A DNA stretch of 63,464 nt from assembly GCA_964013405.1 (NCBI GenBank), contig CAXGWI010000008.1, forward strand, positions 1 to 63,464. The letters are read 5' to 3'. How positions within the stretch are numbered: position 1 is the stretch's first letter; each line of letters starts with the position of its first letter. The notes below the pieces were generated by a model. That model worked only from the letters and a program-made list of their open reading frames with translations, had not been told where the DNA came from and did not search any database. Below, in pieces: positions 57,292 to 63,464 of this stretch. Source of the DNA: an uncultured Myxococcales bacterium. Lineage in GTDB: Bacteria; Myxococcota; UBA4151. Both the position numbers and the translations under genes were made by a program.

Positions 57292-57923
57292 CACCTGCGC
57301 TCCGGCTCATCTATTTCGATTTCCCCTTTTGGCGGGCAGAACCCAGCCGCATCGCCCTCTTTATAGGCGATATCCCCTTTGAAGACGTGCGGCCGAGCCG
57401 GGAAGAGTTCCTGCGGATGAAGCGCACAGGCGAGCTCCCCTATGGGCAGCTTCCTGTTCTCGACGTCGACGATGTGCGCATCGCCCAATCCGTAGCGATC
57501 GCCCGCTACTGTGGCAAGGTCTCCGGGCTGTATCCATCGGATGCCCTGCAGGCGGCCCGCTGCGACGAACTGCTCGATACCGCGACCCAAATCACCCAGG
57601 ATCTGGGCCCTTCGATGCGGAGCAAGGATCCGGAAGAGAAGGCCCGGCTGAGGCAGAACTTGGCCCAAAAGATCTTCCCGCGCTGGCTGGGCATGCTGGA
57701 GGCTCGGCTGGAAGCCAACGGCGACAACGGCTTTTTCGTGGGCGAGTCCCTGACGATGGCTGACCTGATCATCTGGCGCCTGTTGGGCTGGCTGCGAGGC
57801 GGTATCCTCGACGGCATCCCCACCGACCTTCTCGATCCATTCCCCGGACTCCTGGGCCACCAAGAGACCGTTGGTCAGCACCCGGGGGTGGTGGCCTGGA
57901 TGACGCGGGATACGACCCCTTGA
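57288..57923 (+). CDS. Glutathione S-transferase (sigma-like)
   Basis: LIYFD.P.WRAE..R, PYGQLPVL, QS.AIARY, VGESLTMADL. Confidence 0.9.
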   Translation: MTPALRLIYFDFPFWRAEPSRIALFIGDIPFEDVRPSREEFLRMKRTGELPYGQLPVLDVDDVRIAQSVAIARYCGKVSGLYPSDALQAARCDELLDTATQITQDLGPSMRSKDPEEKARLRQNLAQKIFPRWLGMLEARLEANGDNGFFVGESLTMADLIIWRLLGWLRGGILDGIPTDLLDPFPGLLGHQETVGQHPGVVAWMTRDTTP

Positions 57924-57963
57924 GGCAACGGCCTCGAAGGAACAGCCCATCAAGCCAGGCCTT

Positions 57964-58629
57964 ATGGGGCTGATGCACATGGGTTTACGAAAGATCCCAA
58001 GACTCTTGGCCCTGCTCCTTTGTTGCAGTTGCGCCTCAGCCCAAGAGCGAAGCGCGGAAGCCCAGGAAGTGGCTTTCAACCCCCCGGTTTCCCTGGAGTT
58101 GGAGCATTGCCCCCAGGAGCACCTTCTGCGCTGGCGAGCGGCGATCGGCCTGCGTGATGGTGTCGATCTCAGTGGGGACCTGCCGACCTGGCCTAGTGGT
58201 TATATGGGTTTCATTTATGGGGGTGCGCCTGCCTCCGGCCATGGCATGGGCGGCGGCACGAGCCATCCCAGTTGTGCATGCCCAGAGGGGCTGTGCCCTT
58301 GTCGTCAGGCCATCGAAGCAGGCCGGATCACAGGCTGGCAGTTGAAGGGAGAGAACCCGGGCATTGTCACGCCGCCCACCGGCTTCGACCTCCGGTTCTC
58401 CGTACCCCCCGGCTACGAGGTCCTGCTTCCCCAGGGACCACCGGAAGGCTCGAAGCGGCCCGTCCGCCAGCTTCGATTCGCCTTTCGATTGGACCCACCA
58501 AGAACCGACCCTCGCCGGACCTGCCACGTGATTCCTGTACGCACCGTCACCGTGGCAAAGGGTCGCCTGACCCCAGCCCCAAGCAATGGCTCACCGGCGG
58601 AAACGAAGCGCCTGGCCCCCGAGCCCTAG
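57964..58629 (+). CDS. Hypothetical lipoprotein
   Basis: Hydrophobic N-terminus ending CCSC; internal CACPEGLCPC; no family recognised. Confidence 0.45.
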   Translation: MGLMHMGLRKIPRLLALLLCCSCASAQERSAEAQEVAFNPPVSLELEHCPQEHLLRWRAAIGLRDGVDLSGDLPTWPSGYMGFIYGGAPASGHGMGGGTSHPSCACPEGLCPCRQAIEAGRITGWQLKGENPGIVTPPTGFDLRFSVPPGYEVLLPQGPPEGSKRPVRQLRFAFRLDPPRTDPRRTCHVIPVRTVTVAKGRLTPAPSNGSPAETKRLAPEP

Positions 58630-58671
58630 CGAGCGTCCCCGGGTCGAAGGCCTGGCAAACCTCCGAGCGAA

Positions 58672-59097
58672 CTAGATGTAGTGAACCTCTGGCCCCAGAG
58701 GAATCTGACTGCGAGCAAAATGCCCCTTTCCCCGAGCGAGAATCTTGCCCTCGCCATCATGGAGTTCACCCTCCGCATAGATGCGTCGGTCGTCCTCTCC
58801 ACTGACCCAAGCGGTGGCCACCAAGCTTCCTTTCGCCACGGGCGCGAGCAGATCCAACTCGAAGCGAGCGGTCAGGACAAAGACCGACTCCACCAACGAG
58901 TTGGCCGCAAAGAAGGTCGCGTCGTCGAGGGCCTTAAAGTATAAGGAACCGTGGACCGCTCCCGCCGAGTGGTGAAAGTCGTCTCGTAGCGGAATCCGCA
59001 CCTCTGCCCTGCCCGAAGCGACGGTCAGTACCGGTTGGAAGTGCTCGTTGATGGGCGCACTTGCATACATGCGTTCCAGCTTACGAAAATGCTCCAC
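58672..59097 (-). CDS. PaaI-family hotdog thioesterase
   Basis: AVHGSLYFKALDD, ARG.G.F. Confidence 0.85.
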   Translation of the reverse strand: MEHFRKLERMYASAPINEHFQPVLTVASGRAEVRIPLRDDFHHSAGAVHGSLYFKALDDATFFAANSLVESVFVLTARFELDLLAPVAKGSLVATAWVSGEDDRRIYAEGELHDGEGKILARGKGHFARSQIPLGPEVHYI

Positions 59098-59106
59098 GTC
59101 GGTCTC

Positions 59107-60390
59107 CTAGAGGCTCGAGAGCCCCCGACGGGACCGCCGGGCCAAATAGAGGGTTGCGATCACACCGAGGGCGCTGACCCCCACGAGCAGATTGAAGACC
59201 GAATTATAGCCGTGGTGATCGAGTAGATAGCCGATGATTTCTTCTTGAAAGATCGGACCGATGGATCCCAAGCCATTGATGATCCCGGCCGCCAAGACCG
59301 CCTTGTCGCGCCCGGCCACATCGATAGCACCCACCCCGGAGAGCAAGGAGTCCGGGCCCATCAACATGAAACCGCAAAGGGAGAGACCGATGGCAAAGAG
59401 CCAGACCGATTGCACACCGACCACCGCGAGGAAGGCAAAGGCCCCCAACATGCCCACCGTCATCCACACCACGGTCTGATAGCGCCTTCCGGCGAAGAAG
59501 CGGTCGGAAAACCAGCCGGCGAAGAGGACGCCGAGAAAGCCCACCCAGTCGAAGGCCGTGGAAATATAACCTGCCTTCGCCTCGGTCAGACCAAAGAGTT
59601 CCTTCAAGGCCAGAGGCGACCAACTATCGAGGGCATAGCGAAGGAATTTGAAGACGAAATAGGTCGCCCCCATGAAGATGATGCTGAGCAGCACCTGCCG
59701 TTGCCAGCCCCCGGTGGTGGCAGCTTCGACCTGAGCTTCGTACTCGTCGGTCACCTCCACTTCCTCGATCATCGGTGTCAGGCCAACGTCTTCCGGTCGG
59801 TCCCGCTCGAAGATTAAGAAGACGATCCAGACCCCCATGAGAATGATCGCCGCGCCCCAGAAGGACCAGGCGGCACTGGCGATGGCCAACATGAGGGTTG
59901 CGAAGGCTTTCGCTAGGATGCTGCCCAGCTGATAGCAGGTCGCCCACAGCGCCATGACGCCGCCGCGCTCTTTCCGGCCGAGCCAGTTGCCGAGAATGCC
60001 CACGTTGCCGGCCCAGCCCGTGGCCTGGGCAAAGCCATTGATCACATTAAACAACAGCAGTGGCCAGTAGCCTGCAGGCCCCGAGAGGTAGGCAAAACCA
60101 AAGACCACATTGCAGCCCAAGCTGATCATCATACCCACGAGGAGCAACAGCCGGGAGGCATAGCGACGGCTTAACGCCGCGGTCAGAAACTGGCCCAGCA
60201 TGTAGGCCAGCAGATAGGCGCTCACGATATGAGCGAGATCGCTTTTTTCGATCTGCAGGGATTCCAGCAGGGAACTCTTGGCGATGGCAAAGTTCTTACG
60301 GCAGAAATAAAATCCCGCATAAGAGAGCCATGTGGTGGTCAGGACACGGACGCGCCACACTTTCATCTGACGGCTGGTCTCTTCGCTCAC
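59107..60390 (-). CDS. MFS transporter, organophosphate:Pi antiporter (GlpT/UhpT/OPA)-like
   Basis: YAGFYFCRKNF, NGFAQATGW, W...ERG, RDRPEDVGL, AGIINGLGSIG OPA-family motifs. Confidence 0.85.
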   Translation of the reverse strand: MSEETSRQMKVWRVRVLTTTWLSYAGFYFCRKNFAIAKSSLLESLQIEKSDLAHIVSAYLLAYMLGQFLTAALSRRYASRLLLLVGMMISLGCNVVFGFAYLSGPAGYWPLLLFNVINGFAQATGWAGNVGILGNWLGRKERGGVMALWATCYQLGSILAKAFATLMLAIASAAWSFWGAAIILMGVWIVFLIFERDRPEDVGLTPMIEEVEVTDEYEAQVEAATTGGWQRQVLLSIIFMGATYFVFKFLRYALDSWSPLALKELFGLTEAKAGYISTAFDWVGFLGVLFAGWFSDRFFAGRRYQTVVWMTVGMLGAFAFLAVVGVQSVWLFAIGLSLCGFMLMGPDSLLSGVGAIDVAGRDKAVLAAGIINGLGSIGPIFQEEIIGYLLDHHGYNSVFNLLVGVSALGVIATLYLARRSRRGLSSL

Positions 60391-61043
60391 CGGGCCCCCA
60401 ATGCGGCGACAAAGCCAGCCGGCAACTCGTTAAAATGATCGATAGCCCAGGGCGCGAGTCGTGCGCCAGGCCCCTGTTTACCCACAGCGATGACTCGCAT
60501 GCCAGCGGCTTGGCCTGCTTCCACTCCCGCTTGACTGTCCTCAAAAACAAGACAGTTCTGAGGTGCTAACTCGAGCCGCTTTGCGGCTTCCAGGTAACAG
60601 GCTGGATTGGGCTTCGAGGGGCCGACATCCCCCGCACAAACCCACAGCGAAAAGCCCTCATCAAGCCCCAAGCGAGCGACCACCGCCGCCACACTCTCTC
60701 GATGGCTCGACGAGACCAAGGCGGTGGGGCAGCGAGCGGCAACATGGCGAACAAACGCGACGGCTCCAGGGATCTCCTGGGGGGGCGCCCGCAACATCTC
60801 GGTATGGAAGCTCGCCTGGAGGTCCTCCACCAAGTTTGGGTCATCGAGCCGGGGCTCTAGCCGGATCAGTGTCTCGGCGGTCTCTTGCCAGGTCACCCCA
60901 TGGAAACGACTGCAATCCACCGCTAACTCTAGCCCCTTCGCCTTCGCCACCTGCTCGATGGCCCCATCCGTGAGGTGCTCGGAATCCAGCAGGGTGCCAT
61001 CCATATCGAAAAAGACCCCCTGGATGTCCCCTGCCCAGTCCAC
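60387..61043 (-). CDS. HAD-family phosphatase (beta-PGM/CbbY-like)
   Basis: FDMDGTLLDSE, SS, KPNP, VFEDS..G..AG.AAGM. Confidence 0.9.
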   Translation of the reverse strand: MDWAGDIQGVFFDMDGTLLDSEHLTDGAIEQVAKAKGLELAVDCSRFHGVTWQETAETLIRLEPRLDDPNLVEDLQASFHTEMLRAPPQEIPGAVAFVRHVAARCPTALVSSSHRESVAAVVARLGLDEGFSLWVCAGDVGPSKPNPACYLEAAKRLELAPQNCLVFEDSQAGVEAGQAAGMRVIAVGKQGPGARLAPWAIDHFNELPAGFVAALGAR

Positions 61044-61046
61044 GTT

Positions 61047-62678
61047 TCAGTCCCCTTTGCGATAGAAGGGCGCGTCTTGCGGCGGCAGCGGATCTTTGCC
61101 GAGGATCAGATCCGCTGCCTTCTCCGCGATCATCAGTACCGGCGCATGAATGTTGCCGTTGGTAATGGCAGGCATGACCGATGCGTCCACAACCCGCAAG
61201 CCCTCCAAACCATGAACCCGGAAATCCGGACCGACGACGGCCGCTTCATCGAGCCCCATCTTGCAACTGCAACTGGGGTGGTAGGCGCTCTCGACCTGGC
61301 GGCGCAAAAAGGCCAAAATCTCCTCATCGCTTTGGACTTCGGGGCCGGGAGCGAGCTCCTCAGCCCGATACGGGTCAAAAGCCGGCTGGGCCATGATATG
61401 CCGGGTCACCCGAACCGCCTCCAACCACTCCTTCTTCTCGTTGGCAGTTCCCAGGTAGTTAAAGATGATCTCCGGCTGGTCGCTCCGGGAAGGCCCGCTG
61501 ATCCGTACCCAGCCGCGCACATCGGTGTTCATGGGTCCGACGTGCACTTGGTAGCCATGACCCGCTTCTGGGCTGCTGCCATCGTAGCGAATCGCGAGGG
61601 GCAGGAAGTGATACTGCAGGTTCGGATAGGGCACCTCCTCGTTGCCCCGGATGAAACCGCCGGCTTCGAAGTGGTTGCTCGCCCCGATGCCGCGCCGCCC
61701 AAACAACCACTGCATGCCGATCCATGGGGCCCGCCACCATTTGAGGGCCGGATAGAGACTGACCGGGGCCTTGCAGGCATACTGAATGTAGACTTCGAGA
61801 TGGTCCTGGAGGTTCTCGCCCACCCCCGGGAGTTCGTGAACGACGGGGATGTCATAGGCCCGCAGTAACGCGGGGTCACCGACGCCTGAGCGCTGCAGTA
61901 GCAGCGGCGAATTGATGGCCCCACCACAGGAGATCACCTCCTTCGCAAAGATTTTCTGCGATCCCACCTGGACGCCCACCGCCCGGCGCCCCTCAAAGAG
62001 AATCCGATCCACCTCAATGCCCGTGCGCACCGTTAAATTGGCCCGATGCAGTACCGGGTGGAGATAGGCCCGGGCCGCGTTCACGCGCCGGCCCCGATAG
62101 GTCGTGCGATCAAAGCGACCAAAACCCTCTTGCTGATAGCCGTTCACATCATCGGTCAAGGGAAAGCCCGCCTGCTGAACGGCTTCGAAGAAGGCATCGA
62201 AAAGGGGATTCTCGCACCGAGGCGTCGTCAGAACCAAAGGCCCCGAGTCACCATGATAAGCATCGGCTCCGGCCAAACGGGTTTCGATCCGTTTGAAGTA
62301 AGGCAATACATGGGCATAGCTCCAAGACTCCAGGCCAGGCTCGGCTGCCCATTTCTCGAAATCGAGGGGATTGCCACGGATGTAGATCATGCCGTTGATG
62401 GAGCTCGAACCCCCCAGCACCTTTCCTCGAGGCTGTTCGATGAATCGTCCGTCGAGGTGGGGCTCAGGCCCCGATCGATAACGCCAGTTGTAGGTGGAAC
62501 CGGCCAAGGGATAGGTGAGTGCCGCAGGCATGTGCAGGCGAAAGTCCAAACGGTGATCGGGGCGCCCGGCCTCTAGAAGGAGGATCGACTCGTCACTATT
62601 TTCGCTGAGTCGACGGGCCAAAACGCAGCCCGCGGAGCCCGCTCCAATGATGATTTTTTCGTAGGTTTTATCTGCCAC
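61047..62678 (-). CDS. betA: Choline dehydrogenase (GMC oxidoreductase)
   Basis: IGAGSAGCVLA, DFR.HMPAAL..PL, RGKVLGGSSSINGM, NGYQQEGFG, GENLQDHLEVY.QY.C, HPSCSCKMG. Start trimmed to GTG 62678. Confidence 0.92.
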   Translation of the reverse strand: MADKTYEKIIIGAGSAGCVLARRLSENSDESILLLEAGRPDHRLDFRLHMPAALTYPLAGSTYNWRYRSGPEPHLDGRFIEQPRGKVLGGSSSINGMIYIRGNPLDFEKWAAEPGLESWSYAHVLPYFKRIETRLAGADAYHGDSGPLVLTTPRCENPLFDAFFEAVQQAGFPLTDDVNGYQQEGFGRFDRTTYRGRRVNAARAYLHPVLHRANLTVRTGIEVDRILFEGRRAVGVQVGSQKIFAKEVISCGGAINSPLLLQRSGVGDPALLRAYDIPVVHELPGVGENLQDHLEVYIQYACKAPVSLYPALKWWRAPWIGMQWLFGRRGIGASNHFEAGGFIRGNEEVPYPNLQYHFLPLAIRYDGSSPEAGHGYQVHVGPMNTDVRGWVRISGPSRSDQPEIIFNYLGTANEKKEWLEAVRVTRHIMAQPAFDPYRAEELAPGPEVQSDEEILAFLRRQVESAYHPSCSCKMGLDEAAVVGPDFRVHGLEGLRVVDASVMPAITNGNIHAPVLMIAEKAADLILGKDPLPPQDAPFYRKGD

Positions 62679-62906
62679 GGCGAGGACACTAGAACCGCTG
62701 TCATGGAGGGGGGTCAAGGCGTCTTGCTCACCGGCGCCAAGCCCCTTGATGGCCAAATATTTTCGCCCTCAATTCTCGATGAAGATGAAAAAGTTCTACC
62801 CGTGGTCCGGGAAAGGTCGTAACGGTGCGGCGCTTGTTGAGGTTCAGGGCGGTTACGTCATGCACTTCTGCCCTTTGTTGAACCCTAACTCGAATAGGAA
62901 AACGAG

Positions 62907-63227
62907 ATGAGTTCTAAGCTTTTTGTTGGTGGGTTGGCCTGGGCCACCCGCGATGATTCCCTTAAACAGCACTTTGAGCAGTTCGGTGAAGTGACTGACG
63001 CCAAGGTCATTACCGAACGTGACACCGGTCGCTCCCGCGGCTTCGGTTTTGTCACCTATGCTGAAGAGAGCAGCGCAGTTGAAGCCAGGGATGCCCTGAA
63101 CGGCACCGAGCTCGACGGCCGCACCATTCGCGTGGACACGGCCACCGAACGTCCCGCCCGTGGTGGTGGTGGCGGCGGTCGCGGCGGACGCGGCGGCTTC
63201 GGCGGTGGTGGCGGACGCGACTACTAG
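62907..63227 (+). CDS. RRM RNA-binding protein with Gly/RGG-rich tail
   Basis: RNP2 LFVGGL, RNP1 RGFGFVTY, tail GGGGRGGRGGFGGGG. Confidence 0.95.
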   Translation: MSSKLFVGGLAWATRDDSLKQHFEQFGEVTDAKVITERDTGRSRGFGFVTYAEESSAVEARDALNGTELDGRTIRVDTATERPARGGGGGGRGGRGGFGGGGGRDY

Positions 63228-63267
63228 CCAAAATCGAGAGCCCTCCACGCCATTGTGGAGGCTTGAG

Positions 63268-63302
63268 CAAAGCCCGGGTCACTCCGGGCTTTGTCTTTTT
63301 TT
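63268..63302 (+). terminator. Rho-independent terminator, possibly bidirectional, between convergent genes
   Basis: Stem CAAAGCCCGG/CCGGGCTTTG with a 6-nt loop, followed by a T7 tract. A second hairpin CCTCCAC/GTGGAGG lies at 63242-63261. Confidence 0.8.
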
Positions 63303-63464
63303 AACCAAGGCGCTGTAGGTAGCTTCGGTCTAGGTCCCTGGGGCGCCGGCAGCCGCTCAACTGCAAAGCCCGTTGCGTTTCCTGGCGCAGGATCTCAAGG
63401 GCTCGATCCACGCCCGCCTCACCGCCAGCCCCCAGACCAAAGAGATAGGGACGCCCCACCATGC
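63301..63464 (-). CDS. FMN-dependent alpha-hydroxy-acid dehydrogenase (LldD/glycolate oxidase family), C-terminal part only
   Basis: Not in the ORF track. Minus-strand translation ...MVGRPYLFGLGAGGEAGVDRALEILRQETQRALQLSGC...LG* matches the family C-terminus. Confidence 0.8.
   Translation of the reverse strand, partial: MVGRPYLFGLGAGGEAGVDRALEILRQETQRALQLSGCRRPRDLDRSYLQRLG

Overview
High-GC bacterial chromosomal window, densely coding (about 60 genes), most consistent with a Myxococcota/deltaproteobacterial organism. That placement rests on three large lipoproteins with Myxococcus-type cysteine-rich repeats plus RCC1 propellers, and on a PEGA-like / Cys-rich lipoprotein / J-domain cluster. 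Recognisable housekeeping genes are recR, pckA, fabI, ychF, selO (ydiU), yqjG, miaE, ahpC and betA. Two genes cut by the window edges are missing from the ORF track: a nucleotide-sugar dehydrogenase at the left edge and an FMN-dependent alpha-hydroxy-acid dehydrogenase at the right edge. I saw no rRNA, tRNA, CRISPR array, integrase or transposase. Best candidate for an undescribed system (26.1-29.5 kb): an unannotated 31-aa, 11-Cys, His-free metallothionein-like peptide (26464-26559). It is translationally coupled to an unusually Cys-rich ArsR/SmtB repressor whose palindromic operator sits inside its own promoter. It faces a COG0523/CobW metallochaperone and a CxCC-retaining but GTPase-degenerate paralogue, next to a YeeE/YedE pair. 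Second candidate: an operon of a HEAT-repeat protein, a BRCT-like/midasin-like AAA+ ATPase and a HExxH-vWA protein (29.8-35.3 kb). Third: betA + HAD phosphatase + organophosphate-type MFS, a possible phosphocholine-scavenging route. All calls come from reading motifs by eye; no searches were run.
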